A stretch of DNA of 64,000 nucleotides, taken from NCBI GenBank assembly GCA_964455585.1, contig CAYVXW010000002.1:1734-65733 (forward strand). Direction: 5' to 3'. Below the pieces are notes generated by a model. It did no database searches. It worked only from the letters and a program-made list of their open reading frames with translations, and was not told the origin of the DNA. The translations under genes were made by a program, and so were the position numbers. This DNA is from an uncultured Christensenella sp. (GTDB lineage Bacteria; Bacillota; Clostridia; Christensenellales; UBA1242). Positions within the stretch are counted from its first letter, which is position 1, and the number at the start of each line of letters is the position of its first letter. Shown one piece after another: positions 27,423 through 37,636 of the stretch.

Positions 27423-28622
27423 ATGAACATATTCAAAAAAATGTACTGTAGAATTTATCAAGGAGCATTCAAAATTGCTTTGCCTATCCTTCCATATAGG
27501 GAGCCCGTCACATTAAACTCGGTGCTCGACATCAAGGATGTGCTAAAAAGCAACAACATATCCCGTGCCCTACTTGTTACCGACAAGGGACTTAGAGAAA
27601 GAGGGCTTACTACCTCGCTTGAGGAAGACCTAAACGCAAACGAAATTGCACTTAGTGTATATGACGGAACTGTTCCAAACCCAACTATTGATTGCATTGA
27701 AGAGGGGCTTGAGGTATACCTAAAGAACAATTGCGAATGCATTATTGCATTTGGCGGTGGAAGCGTGATGGACTGCGCCAAAATAATTGGTGCAAGAGTG
27801 GTTAAGCCAAATAAGCCCGTTGAAAAGATGAAAGGGCTACTAAAGATTAGAAAAACTTTGCCTTTGCTTATAGCCATCCCAACCACGGCGGGCACGGGAA
27901 GCGAAACCACTTTGGCTGCGGTTATTACCGATAGCAAAACCCACTTTAAGTATCCAATAAACGACTTTTGTCTAATTCCAAAGTATGCAGTCCTTGACCC
28001 AAGCCTTACTTACGCCCTTCCAAAGTCGCTAACCGCAACCACCGGAATGGACGCCCTAACCCACGCAATTGAAGCATACATTGGCAGGTCAACCACTAAA
28101 AAAACTAGAGAGGCTAGCCTAACCGCTTGCAAACTAATTTTTGAAAACATCCTAACCGCTTATACAAACGGAAAAAACAAACAGGCAAGGGAAAATATGC
28201 TAAAAGCGTCATACTTGGCAGGCGTTGCATTTACTAGGTCATATGTAGGCTATGTTCACGCCGTTGCACACTCTTTGGGCGGAAAATATGGCACCCCTCA
28301 CGGGCTAGCAAATGCCGTAATTTTGCCATACTTTTTAAACCACTATGGCAAGAGCGCTCACAAAAAACTAAAGCAAATTGCCGTATATTGCGGACTTGCA
28401 AACGAGAGTGATAGCCCTAAAGTTGCCTCGTCCAAGATTATAAACAAAATAACCGAACTAAACGCAAATATGGGCATTCCAAATAAGATTGAGGGCATAA
28501 AGGACAAAGATATCCCAGCACTTGCAGTGCTTGCCGAAAAAGAAGGCAACCCACTATATCCCGTTCCAAAACTTATGACCGCAAAAGAACTAGAGGAAAT
28601 ATACAGGATTATCCAAAAATAA
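27423..28622 (+). CDS. Iron-containing (group III) alcohol dehydrogenase
   Basis: Evidence is the GGGSVMDCAK motif and the His cluster HAIEAY...HAVAHSLGGKYGTPHG. AAGGAG lies upstream of the ATG. Confidence 0.85.
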   Translation: MNIFKKMYCRIYQGAFKIALPILPYREPVTLNSVLDIKDVLKSNNISRALLVTDKGLRERGLTTSLEEDLNANEIALSVYDGTVPNPTIDCIEEGLEVYLKNNCECIIAFGGGSVMDCAKIIGARVVKPNKPVEKMKGLLKIRKTLPLLIAIPTTAGTGSETTLAAVITDSKTHFKYPINDFCLIPKYAVLDPSLTYALPKSLTATTGMDALTHAIEAYIGRSTTKKTREASLTACKLIFENILTAYTNGKNKQARENMLKASYLAGVAFTRSYVGYVHAVAHSLGGKYGTPHGLANAVILPYFLNHYGKSAHKKLKQIAVYCGLANESDSPKVASSKIINKITELNANMGIPNKIEGIKDKDIPALAVLAEKEGNPLYPVPKLMTAKELEEIYRIIQK

Positions 28623-28702
28623 TCACAGACACCAAAACGTTCACCTTATAAAATAGTAACAAATAATTATAAACGTCACACACGAAAAAACATATAGAAA
28701 CA

Positions 28703-28731
28703 CAAAAAACTCCTAATTTTAGGAGTTTTTT
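28703..28731. terminator. Bidirectional terminator between the adh gene and gatB
   Basis: The sequence is aaaaaAACTCCTAA-tt-TTAGGAGTTtttt. Confidence 0.65.
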
Positions 28732-28835
28732 CTTTTCACAATCCGTTTTTACAACCGATTTTTATTAATTTTGTCCGATTATAGAACCAAAATTTGCTTA
28801 TTTTATCCGTTTATAGAACCCTGTGGCACACATAT

Positions 28836-30245
28836 TTACCTTTTCTTTAGCCTATTTTTAACCAACTCTTTTACTTTTTCGCCGTCGGCTTTGCCATAAG
28901 TTTCCTTCATAACTCCGCCCACGAAAAATTGAAGAACCTTGTCGGGATTATGTGCATAATCCGAAACAGCAACGGGGTTTAGGAAAATTAATTTGTCAAT
29001 GATTTTTTCTAGTTCCTTGTCGTCCGCAAGCGATGTTAGCCCAAGGGTTCCCATAAGAGAAAGAATGTCTTTTCCCGTCTCGATATGCACATCAAGCAAG
29101 TCCCTTGCACTAAGTCTTGTTATCTTTTTGTCAAGCACCATTTTAACAATTTCCACAAAGTCTTTTGGTGCAATTTTTATGCCGTCCGATAAGTCAAACT
29201 TTAATAGGTCGGACATTATCCAATTTGCAATTTCCTTATACTCAGGCAAAAGCGAAACACACTCGTCATAAAAGTCGGATAGTTCCCTTGTGGAAGTGAG
29301 TATTTCGGCGGTTGAGGCAGTCAAGCCGTGCTTGCCCACATATCGTTCCACCCTTTTGGCTTTAGGGCTTGGAAGACGCAATTTTAGGCGTTCTACCAAG
29401 TCTTTTTCTATTTTTATCGGCAAAATATCTGGGTCGGGGAAGTATCTATAGTCTTTGCTTTCGCTTTTTTCACGTAAGGCAAAGGTCATATTTTCGGTTT
29501 CGTCCCAACGCCTTGTTTCTTGCGTAACTGCACCACCCGACAAGATTAACTCAATTTGTCTATTTGCTTCAAACTCTATTGCTCTTGACACCGCCCTAAA
29601 AGAACTCAAGTTTTTAAGTTCGGTTCTAACACCTAATGTTTTGGCACCCCTTTCCTTGACCGAAATGTTTACGTCCACTCGCATTCCGCCCTCTTGCATT
29701 TTGCACTTTGACACCCCGCCAAAGGTAATGATGTCTCTAAATTTTTGCAAAAACTCCACCGTTTCTTCCTTGCTACTAAGGTCTGGACAAGTAACGCATT
29801 CTATAAGTGGCACACCGCCCCTATTGTAGTCAATTTTGCTAACATTTCCCTCGTGAACAAGTTTTCCGGCATCTTCCTCTAGGTGAATATTGTCTAGGCG
29901 TATAAACTTGCCCGAGTCCAAAGTTATTCCGCCACCTACGCATAGTGGGTGAGCAAATTGGCTAATTTGATAAGCCTTGCTCAAATCGGGATAAAAGTAG
30001 TTTTTTCTTTCAAATATTAGGGTGTCGGCAATCTTTGAGCCAAATAGCAAGCCCGACATAATGCCAAGTTCTATTGCTCTCTTGTTTGGCATTGGCAAAG
30101 CCCCCGGAAGCCCCAAGCATACGGGACAAACTAGGGTGTTTGGCTCTTCCCCAAACTTATTTTCGCACGAACAAAACATCTTTGTTTTGGTATCCAATTC
30201 ACAATGGATTTCAAGCCCTATTACAACATCAAATTCTTTATTCAT
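28836..30245 (-). CDS. gatB: Asp/Glu-tRNA amidotransferase subunit B
   Basis: The N-terminus VIGLEIHCELDTKTKMFCSC is typical of GatB, and the length is 469 aa. It overlaps the gatA stop by 8 nt. Confidence 0.95.
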   Translation of the reverse strand: MNKEFDVVIGLEIHCELDTKTKMFCSCENKFGEEPNTLVCPVCLGLPGALPMPNKRAIELGIMSGLLFGSKIADTLIFERKNYFYPDLSKAYQISQFAHPLCVGGGITLDSGKFIRLDNIHLEEDAGKLVHEGNVSKIDYNRGGVPLIECVTCPDLSSKEETVEFLQKFRDIITFGGVSKCKMQEGGMRVDVNISVKERGAKTLGVRTELKNLSSFRAVSRAIEFEANRQIELILSGGAVTQETRRWDETENMTFALREKSESKDYRYFPDPDILPIKIEKDLVERLKLRLPSPKAKRVERYVGKHGLTASTAEILTSTRELSDFYDECVSLLPEYKEIANWIMSDLLKFDLSDGIKIAPKDFVEIVKMVLDKKITRLSARDLLDVHIETGKDILSLMGTLGLTSLADDKELEKIIDKLIFLNPVAVSDYAHNPDKVLQFFVGGVMKETYGKADGEKVKELVKNRLKKR

Positions 30246-31695
30246 TGCTCCATCCTTTATAGTTTTTTTCTACAAACTCAGCCACGCCATACATCTTTGC
30301 CTCGTCCAACTTTTTGCCCAATATTTGAAGTCCAATAGGCATTCCGTGACTACCCTTTTCAAAAGGTACCGACATACTAGGAATACCCACCAAGTTGCTA
30401 GGAACGGTAAAGATATCTTCTAGATACATAGTAACTGGGTCGCTTGTTTTTTCACCCAAACCAAACGCCTCGCCATAAGCCACGGGCATAAGCAAAATAT
30501 CGCACTTTTCAAACGCTTCATCAAACTTGCGACCTAGGTACCTTTGAACCTTTTGTGCCTTTTGGTAGTAAGCATCATAAAAACCACTGCTCAAGACATA
30601 ATTGCCTAGCATTATTCTACGACTAACCTCTTTGCCCAAAAGTTTTGTCCTACTATTTACACAAATTTCTTTTGCATCGCCCGACTTGCACGCGTTTTTG
30701 CAATACTTAATTGCATCAAACCTAGCAAGGTTTGAAGTTGCTTCGGCGGGAGATAGGATATAATATACTGGCAACGCAAGGTCGATATTAGGAATGTTTA
30801 TTTCCACCACTTCGGCTCCGTTTTCTCCAAAAAACTTTAGTGCCCTTTTGAACTTGTCGCTCTCGCTACTCTTACTATACATATCTATAAGTTCTTTGCA
30901 ATATCCCACCTTTAGTTTGGACACATCCACTTTTTCCATTTCCTTCAAGTAGTCGTCCACAACTTCCTTTCTTGTGGTTCCGTCGTGAGCATCCTCACCT
31001 GCCAATATGGATAGTAAATACGCATTGTCCCTAACCGACTTGGTTATTGGACCCACTTGGTCAAGACTGCTAGCAAACGCCATTACTCCATATCTAGAAA
31101 CCCTGCCATAAGTTGGCTTCATTCCAACAACGCCATTAAACGAACTTGGTTGTCTAACCGAGCCACCAGTGTCCGTTCCCAAAGCGCAAGCACACATATT
31201 GCTTGCTACTGCCACGGCACTGCCACCCGAACTGCCACCCGAAACACGAGTGTCGTCGTGAGCATTTAAACAAGCCCCATAAGCCGACTTTTCGGTAGAA
31301 CCACCCATCGCAAACTCGTCCATATTGGCTCTACCCAATATAACCGCACCCTCGCTTAGCAACTTTTCGGTGACGGTTGCACTATATGGTGCCACAAAGC
31401 CTTCCATAAACTTGCTTGCCGATGTGGCACTTTTCCCCTTGTACAAAATGTTATCCTTAATAATAACTGGCACGCCCAAAAGTTTTCCAGACATATCACC
31501 ACTAGCAATCCTTTTGTCAATTGCCTTTGCTCTGTCTATGGCGTCATCAAAAACCTCCAAAACGGCATTTTTGTGCCTTAATTTTTTTATATTAGATAGA
31601 TACGCCCTCACGCACTCTTCACACGTAAAGTCGCCTTTTTTGAGCCCCTCAATGGTATCCAAAACCCCAAGGCTAGTAATCAATTCTTTTTTCAT
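30238..31695 (-). CDS. gatA: Asp/Glu-tRNA amidotransferase subunit A
   Basis: It carries the amidase signature GGSSGGSAVAVA and is 485 aa long. Confidence 0.95.
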   Translation of the reverse strand: MKKELITSLGVLDTIEGLKKGDFTCEECVRAYLSNIKKLRHKNAVLEVFDDAIDRAKAIDKRIASGDMSGKLLGVPVIIKDNILYKGKSATSASKFMEGFVAPYSATVTEKLLSEGAVILGRANMDEFAMGGSTEKSAYGACLNAHDDTRVSGGSSGGSAVAVASNMCACALGTDTGGSVRQPSSFNGVVGMKPTYGRVSRYGVMAFASSLDQVGPITKSVRDNAYLLSILAGEDAHDGTTRKEVVDDYLKEMEKVDVSKLKVGYCKELIDMYSKSSESDKFKRALKFFGENGAEVVEINIPNIDLALPVYYILSPAEATSNLARFDAIKYCKNACKSGDAKEICVNSRTKLLGKEVSRRIMLGNYVLSSGFYDAYYQKAQKVQRYLGRKFDEAFEKCDILLMPVAYGEAFGLGEKTSDPVTMYLEDIFTVPSNLVGIPSMSVPFEKGSHGMPIGLQILGKKLDEAKMYGVAEFVEKNYKGWSNE

Positions 31696-31980
31696 CTATT
31701 CCACCACCCTTGGCACAATAATTGCCGTGTCAGTATGTTTTGGTGCGTTGTATAGAACATCTTCCCTTGGCATAGATTTTTGTGGGATATCTTCTCTAAG
31801 ACTATCAAAGTTGACGCCCTCGCAATCGTCCCCTTCGTCCTCGATGTCGGCTTCGGCAAGTTTTTTTACAAAGCCCACAATTTGCCCCATATCTTTTTCT
31901 AGCCACTCATAGTCGCTATCGTCGCAAGCAAGCATAGATAGCCCTACCAATTTTTTTATTTCGTCTCTGCTAATTTCCAT
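31696..31980 (-). CDS. gatC: Asp/Glu-tRNA amidotransferase subunit C
   Basis: This small acidic protein directly abuts the gatA start. The start is MEISRDEIKKL (GGGAGA upstream); the track start at 31992 is also possible. Confidence 0.85.
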   Translation of the reverse strand: MEISRDEIKKLVGLSMLACDDSDYEWLEKDMGQIVGFVKKLAEADIEDEGDDCEGVNFDSLREDIPQKSMPREDVLYNAPKHTDTAIIVPRVVE

Positions 31981-32171
31981 TTCTTCTCCCATTTGTTTTG
32001 TTACTATTAGATTTTAACAAATAAAGCAATTAATATCAAACTAAAAATCCTCGCCCCAAAAAAATTGTGTTAATATTAGTCGCAACCCGTCTATAATTTT
32101 TATATATAGGTCGCACAAAAGTCATAAAGTGCAACAAAAAAGCGACCCTTATAGTCGCACTTTTTGCAAAA

Positions 32172-32573
32172 CTACAAAGGGTCGTCATTATGCTTTAGGG
32201 GAGATGCCAAATAGCACACCGAGCGTGGGTCACTAAAGATGTCGAATTTGCCTGACTTGTCATTTTGGAGAATCGAATAAAACAAATATGCTTCTAGCAA
32301 GTATTCATACAAATCAATATCCTGAAGAACCTTGCAATATTTATTTGTACGCGCCATATAATCGGCATTTTCATTTAGAAAATTTTTTATAATACTTTTT
32401 GCCTTATTCAAGTTTGCAAGTCTAGTGTTGTTGTTTAAATTTTTTTCATTTACATAAATTGGAATTGGCAAAATTTCGGACAACTCCACAAACAAATCGT
32501 TGCAAAAGAATTTGCCCGACTCGCCTGTAAGGTTATAGTACCCGATAAGTGCTTGTATTTGCTCCTTTGTCAC
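32172..32573 (-). CDS. Hypothetical protein (133 aa, GTG start)
   Basis: The evidence is the ORF plus GGTGGAG upstream. I recognise no motif. Confidence 0.45.
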   Translation of the reverse strand: MTKEQIQALIGYYNLTGESGKFFCNDLFVELSEILPIPIYVNEKNLNNNTRLANLNKAKSIIKNFLNENADYMARTNKYCKVLQDIDLYEYLLEAYLFYSILQNDKSGKFDIFSDPRSVCYLASPLKHNDDPL

Positions 32574-32774
32574 GCTCCACCTTCTCTTTTAAGATAAGCA
32601 ATGAAGAAAAAATATCTTAAAAGAATTTACACACTTAGTGTTACCAATTCAACTAGTCGTCTTAGTAACACATAAGTATTATAACTCATAATTTTCTAAA
32701 ATTAAAGTAAATTTGAGAGAGAAAAATGTGTTTTTTTGTCGAATTTTGTCGAAAAACACAAAAATGGGGAGATT

Positions 32775-33203
32775 ATGGAGAAGTTTGCCGAGATCTTGAA
32801 AGATTTAATTGATGAAAAAGGGCTTAGTCTAAGGGCACTTGAAAAGGAAAGTGGGGTGTCCGCCGTGCAATATGGAAGATATCTAAAGGGCACGTATCCC
32901 AAGGCACACATTGCCACAAAAATAGCCTTGTATTTTGATGTATCGCTAGACTATCTATTTGGAATAACCGACACCATCTCCACAAAACATTTTGGAAACG
33001 CCGACCTGTCTTTATTTTTGCCTAGATACTATGAGGCGCTAAAGCGAGCAAACATAACACATTGGAAACTTTCGCAAAAAACCGAACTTAGTGAGTCCGC
33101 TCTAAGGCACTGGAAAGCGGGCGACACGCCAAGTATGGAAAGCCTTGTAATAATCGCCACAAACCTTTCGTCCTCAATAGACTATTTGGTGGGTAGAGAA
33201 TAA
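32775..33203 (+). CDS. XRE-family regulator with two tandem HTH domains
   Basis: The first HTH reads GLSLRALEKESGVSAVQYGRYLKGTYP...LDYLFG. The second reads WKLSQKTELSESALRHWKAGDTP...IDYLVG. The start is MEKFAEIL (GGGGAGA upstream). Confidence 0.75.
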   Translation: MEKFAEILKDLIDEKGLSLRALEKESGVSAVQYGRYLKGTYPKAHIATKIALYFDVSLDYLFGITDTISTKHFGNADLSLFLPRYYEALKRANITHWKLSQKTELSESALRHWKAGDTPSMESLVIIATNLSSSIDYLVGRE

Positions 33204-33302
33204 GTTTGTAGCACACAAAAATATTAAAGCCACAAGGTGTAACGCATTTTTGTCCAAACAAAGAAACACCCCCTAACGCAACGGAATATATTTGAAGAAA
33301 AA

Positions 33303-33335
33303 ATAGGAAGAAAAATTTTCTTCCTATCCTTTTTA
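33303..33335. terminator. Bidirectional terminator (palindrome ATAGGAAGAAAA/TTTTCTTCCTAT)
   Basis: A near-perfect palindrome sits between the convergent XRE and PHP genes, flanked by an A-run and a T-run. Confidence 0.55.
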
Positions 33336-33354
33336 TTATAACCTTATTGAAATT

Positions 33355-35160
33355 CTACATTCCATCGCCATATCCGCCATCTACTGGAGATGCGAACTTT
33401 GAATGTGTGCTATCAAATAATCCGGCGTTTTCCAAAATTGAATCATCCTTTCCGCCCGTTCTAATAAACGTAGCAAGGGCGGAATACTCTTCGTGAGTAA
33501 ATAGTTTGAAATCAATTCCGTCAAGCCACTTAATCGTAACATTGTTGGCGTCTATTACAAGTGGGGTTTGCATTTTTTTAAGCCAAATTTTTACAAGGCG
33601 TGGAGGCATTGGTGGTCTAGGTTCTTCCACTATGCCATTTTTTGATTTTCCCTTTGTCTCAACTGGTTTTTCGCTAGTGGTATTATTTTGAAATATATTT
33701 CCGCAAGGCTCAAGCAAGTCGGCATCTTCCAAAATGCTTATATCCCTATTTTCGTCACTGAAAAACTCAACTAGCGTGTTGTATTCCTCGTCGGTAAACA
33801 TTTCTTTTGGAATCCTATTTAGCCAATCTAGCCCTACCTTCTTTGGATGAACCACAAAGGATTTGCCACTCTCTACATATATTTTAATCTTCTCGGCTTG
33901 AGACTTTGGTGTAGAGTTTAAGGCATTGATTTTTTCTTGCTCGGTTCTAATGTCCTTGCACTCTTCGCTTTTTCGTTTATAGTCTTTGTATATTTGTTCC
34001 GTTCTATTGAGTGGAACACTAGATTCAAAAGATTTTCCGCTTTCAATAAACTTTTGTCTTTCGTCCAAATATGCAACAAATAGTTCTTCCCCTGTGGTCA
34101 TATCGGCATAAGCGTCTGAACCATTAATTTTTCCAATATTTGCGTGTCCATCGGGTCCCTTTTGGTGAGTATCGGTGCCCACACTTTCAAGAAATTCTTT
34201 TGTGATTCCCAATTTGTTTTTTGCTCTTTCCATTAGTTCTACAAACCAACTGTTTCTGCCATACTTTGCCGTTTCAAAACCGTCAACACCTGCAAGCATA
34301 CATTCTTCCATTAGACGTTCTTGCTCAAATGTTCTTACAAAGTTTACTTTTGGGTGAGCAACCAATGCCACACCGCCACTTGCGTGAATTAGGTCGACAA
34401 CATCCGTTAGTTCCAAAACCAAACGGCTTGCGGTAGGTGCTTTTCTATAGAGTTTGTTTAATGCCCTATTCGATTTTGCCATTAGTCCCGCATCGTCTAG
34501 CGCAACATTAATTCTTTCTCTCAAAGCCAATGGCAAACCCAAATTTTTTAAAGTTTTGTCGTCAACTTTTCTGACCCAACCAAAGAACGCCATTGTGTCG
34601 TTTTTGTTAAGGGAGTTGTATCCGGGGTCATCAAGGCGTTTTTCGTTTATGTATTCTTTAATAAGCCTGTCGGGAATAACGCTATCTAGTTTCTTTTCTT
34701 TCAAGATATAGTCAAGTTTTCCAAGGTCAACAAGCCTATCGTTTTCGGCTTTTAGAGTGGCGAGTTTGGATATTGGACTATCCTCTGTCAAATCGCAACC
34801 GTATGCAAGCAAATGCAACTTTGTTGGATGGTTTGACTTGTTGTTTACCTTAGACACAACAACCGTAAACTCACACCCCGGAATAATAAACATACCCTTA
34901 TGATTAAAGTATGCCGTATTTAGGGGCTTGCCGTTGGCTTTCAAAACCTCACGACACCCCGCAAAAGTGTTGTGGTCGGTAATGCCCAAAGCACCACATC
35001 CGCTAGCCCACGCTTCTTCCACAAGTTCAAAAGGTGACATTGTTCCATCCGAACGCTTGGTGTGCGTGTGAAAATCCACCACAACCCTTTTCCCTTTTTT
35101 CTTGTAATCTTGAACCATTTCACGGATAGAATTCCATCCATTCTTTGCTTTCTTTGCCAT
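33355..35160 (-). CDS. PHP-domain phosphoesterase with a duplicated C-terminal module
   Basis: The PHP N-terminus reads VVDFHTHTKRSDG...GITDHNT. The C-terminus carries two homologous modules of about 65 aa, described in the findings. Confidence 0.8.
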   Translation of the reverse strand: MAKKAKNGWNSIREMVQDYKKKGKRVVVDFHTHTKRSDGTMSPFELVEEAWASGCGALGITDHNTFAGCREVLKANGKPLNTAYFNHKGMFIIPGCEFTVVVSKVNNKSNHPTKLHLLAYGCDLTEDSPISKLATLKAENDRLVDLGKLDYILKEKKLDSVIPDRLIKEYINEKRLDDPGYNSLNKNDTMAFFGWVRKVDDKTLKNLGLPLALRERINVALDDAGLMAKSNRALNKLYRKAPTASRLVLELTDVVDLIHASGGVALVAHPKVNFVRTFEQERLMEECMLAGVDGFETAKYGRNSWFVELMERAKNKLGITKEFLESVGTDTHQKGPDGHANIGKINGSDAYADMTTGEELFVAYLDERQKFIESGKSFESSVPLNRTEQIYKDYKRKSEECKDIRTEQEKINALNSTPKSQAEKIKIYVESGKSFVVHPKKVGLDWLNRIPKEMFTDEEYNTLVEFFSDENRDISILEDADLLEPCGNIFQNNTTSEKPVETKGKSKNGIVEEPRPPMPPRLVKIWLKKMQTPLVIDANNVTIKWLDGIDFKLFTHEEYSALATFIRTGGKDDSILENAGLFDSTHSKFASPVDGGYGDGM

Positions 35161-35219
35161 AACCTTTCTCCCATTTGATTATTTCTTGCTTTTTGGGTCA
35201 AGCAAAACCGTTTGTCAGT

Positions 35220-35897
35220 CTAGATATCTTTTAGCAAATATTCCACCATTGCCCTTTGTGTTGCGGTCAAGTTTGAATCTGCCAAAAGGCTTTTTAGTTC
35301 CCTTATGCCTTGAACCTTTTGAACACTTCCGCCGTCGCTACAAATGCCCGCGTGTAGTATTCTTGCATCTATATCGCTAGGGTTGGCATCAATATGCTCA
35401 CCCAAAACCTTTAGCCCTCTTGCAAATAGTTCTTCGGCGTATCCTTCAATTTCGATATAGTCGGGGTCGCCATCCAAATCTTCCTCGTCTAGGATGTACT
35501 CTTCCCAATACATAAGTTCGCCATATACCAAGTCGGCGGACTGGAATATACATTTTGCCTCGTTTAGTTTGTCGCCTACGCTTTCGTAATACTTTGCGCC
35601 ATATAGATAGTCGGCAACTTGATTTGGTCTAGCCTCTTGCAACTTTTCGATAATTTCAATGTCGTCAAGTTTGTAGTCGCTAGCATTTACGATTTTTTTG
35701 TTTTTGCAAGCACTAACGTCCGCACTTGCGTATCCACAATTGGGACATCTTTCAATAAAGAAGTGCCACAAGTCAAAGTAACCCTTTGCCCCAACATTTT
35801 TGTCCGATATAAATAGGTTTGTTCTAATTTCGTTGTCAAATGTGAATTTGTATCCACATATTGCACATTTTTTTGTTATCCTCATAGTCATTACCAT
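35220..35897 (-). CDS. Zinc-ribbon plus helical-repeat protein (DUF2225-like)
   Basis: The pattern is CAICGYKF...YFDLWHFFIERCPNCGYA followed by a helical region. It matches my memory of DUF2225. The start is ambiguous among three ATGs at 35897-35885. Confidence 0.6.
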   Translation of the reverse strand: MVMTMRITKKCAICGYKFTFDNEIRTNLFISDKNVGAKGYFDLWHFFIERCPNCGYASADVSACKNKKIVNASDYKLDDIEIIEKLQEARPNQVADYLYGAKYYESVGDKLNEAKCIFQSADLVYGELMYWEEYILDEEDLDGDPDYIEIEGYAEELFARGLKVLGEHIDANPSDIDARILHAGICSDGGSVQKVQGIRELKSLLADSNLTATQRAMVEYLLKDI

Positions 35898-35967
35898 CCT
35901 TCATTCAATTGGGATTTTGCCCCAAAATGCATTTTTTGAAAAGCAAAAAATACTTATTTGTAATTTT

Positions 35968-35996
35968 ATTATATCAAATAAAATACCAAATTTCAA
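35968..35996 (-). promoter_or_regulatory. Candidate promoter of the DUF2225-like/PHP operon
   Basis: The minus strand reads TTGAAA (35996-35991), N17, TATAAT (35973-35968). Confidence 0.5.
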
Positions 35997-36293
35997 TACT
36001 ATTTATAAAAAAACATTATGAATATATATCTTTATATTTCCTTGCTTTTAAATAAAATATTGTCAACTTTGTGCCCACTATTTTAATAAAAAACGCCAAC
36101 TGAGCCTCTATAGGTCAATGTTGGCGTAAATATATCAAAAACAGTATTTCTACTGAGTAGTATTTTAGTGAGAACAAACCACCACGTCTTGTCCTCACTT
36201 CATACTATTCAGATAGACACCAAAATGTTAAAGGTTTTAAAATAGTTCCATAGTTTTGTTTGTTATATCAATTGGAAACATAGAACAATTTGT

Positions 36294-36602
36294 TTATCTA
36301 TAATTTGCATAATTTTGGGCTATTTTTAGTAGTTCGTCAAAGTTGTCGTCGTCCGCCGATTTGTTTCTTTTTACTTCGCCACACTTCTTGCACTTATACG
36401 AAATTATGTAGCCCTTTTTGGCATTTGGCTCCACCATAAATGGCACCATTAGCCCGTGACAAGGATTTGCCCTATCCCCTGGGACAATGTCTATATGAAT
36501 GGAATGCAAACAGTATGGACAATGGTTTCGGCTTGTGTACTTTAGAGATGGCACCTCTTTCCCGCAATTTACACATACAAAGGAGTTATCATTTTTTATC
36601 AT
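36294..36602 (-). CDS. RNHCP-domain zinc-ribbon protein
   Basis: It carries a literal RNHCPYC motif plus CVNC and CKKC pairs. It overlaps the radC 3' end by 14 nt. Confidence 0.75.
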   Translation of the reverse strand: MIKNDNSFVCVNCGKEVPSLKYTSRNHCPYCLHSIHIDIVPGDRANPCHGLMVPFMVEPNAKKGYIISYKCKKCGEVKRNKSADDDNFDELLKIAQNYANYR

Positions 36603-37371
36603 AATTCACCTCGTATTTTGCCTCGGGTTGTGCCACCGATTGAGAGGAAACAAGCAAGTCGGCGACCTCTCGCTTATATTTGTCAATAAGCCCCGATTCC
36701 CTATAAGAATATCTTCCGTCTTCCGATATTATCATATGGTCAATTAGGTGGCAACCGTTTATTGTAAGAGTGGTAACGAGGGCTTTGGTAAACTTGTCAT
36801 CCTCTTTTGATGGTTCGCTTGAGCCGTTTGGATGATTGTGGGCAACAATAATATTGGCAACTTTTAGGCTTGACATAAGGTCGGTTATATCCCTTATTTG
36901 AACCCTTGCCTCATTGGCGGAGCCCGACGAAATACGCTTTGTCTTTACAATCTTTGACTTTGGCGTAAGTGCCACCAAATACAATTCCTCGCTTAGTTTG
37001 CCCTTGAAAATTCCACTGAAATATTCATATGTTTGAAGGGGTGTTGTGATTTCGGTTTTGGAAGCAAGTTTGCACCTTTCGTATCTATTGTATATCTTTA
37101 TAAAATCGGACAAGAATGTTGCCGACACCTCTCCCATCCCCTTAACAGTCATAAGTTCGGAAGTATTTGCCTCAAAAACTCCCGCAAGAGAGCCAAATTT
37201 GTCTATAAGTTCGTGGGCTAGGTCGTTTGTGTCTTTGTAGGGTATAACAAAAGAAAGTACATATTCTAGTACTTGATACTCGTGAAAGTTTTCTAACCCT
37301 TCCTTTGCTACTCGTTCTCTAAGTCTTGACCTGTGACCATAGTGGTTATGTTCCGCCACACTTCCCCTCAT
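36589..37371 (-). CDS. radC: RadC-family JAB/MPN domain protein
   Basis: The JAMM motif reads AHNHPNGSSEPSKED, and an N-terminal HhH-like region reads LAHELIDKFGSL. Confidence 0.9.
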   Translation of the reverse strand: MRGSVAEHNHYGHRSRLRERVAKEGLENFHEYQVLEYVLSFVIPYKDTNDLAHELIDKFGSLAGVFEANTSELMTVKGMGEVSATFLSDFIKIYNRYERCKLASKTEITTPLQTYEYFSGIFKGKLSEELYLVALTPKSKIVKTKRISSGSANEARVQIRDITDLMSSLKVANIIVAHNHPNGSSEPSKEDDKFTKALVTTLTINGCHLIDHMIISEDGRYSYRESGLIDKYKREVADLLVSSQSVAQPEAKYEVNYDKK

Positions 37372-37636
37372 TTATCTTGTTTTTCACACACGCTTTTTGA
37401 AATAATCTTCTTTGCGGCTGTGTCTAATCTAAATTAATTATGTTGATTTTTGATATATATTATATATCCAAATCCACATTACACAAAAATTTTGTTTACC
37501 TTTATAGTATAACATAACCCAAAAGTATTTTGCAAGCAAAGTTGTTTGTTTGGTTGACGATGGTTTTGATTTAAAGTATACTAATAGTGTAAAATGGGTG
37601 AGTTTTAGAAAGCGCACCAAAAATAGAGGTGAAAAA

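Noticed and set aside
32077-32160. Three copies of TAG(G)TCGCA (32077, 32107, 32152) upstream of gatC
   Set aside because: The motif is short and its spacing is irregular (30 and 45 bp). The last copy is simply one arm of the terminator of the upstream gene, so the evidence for an operator is insufficient.
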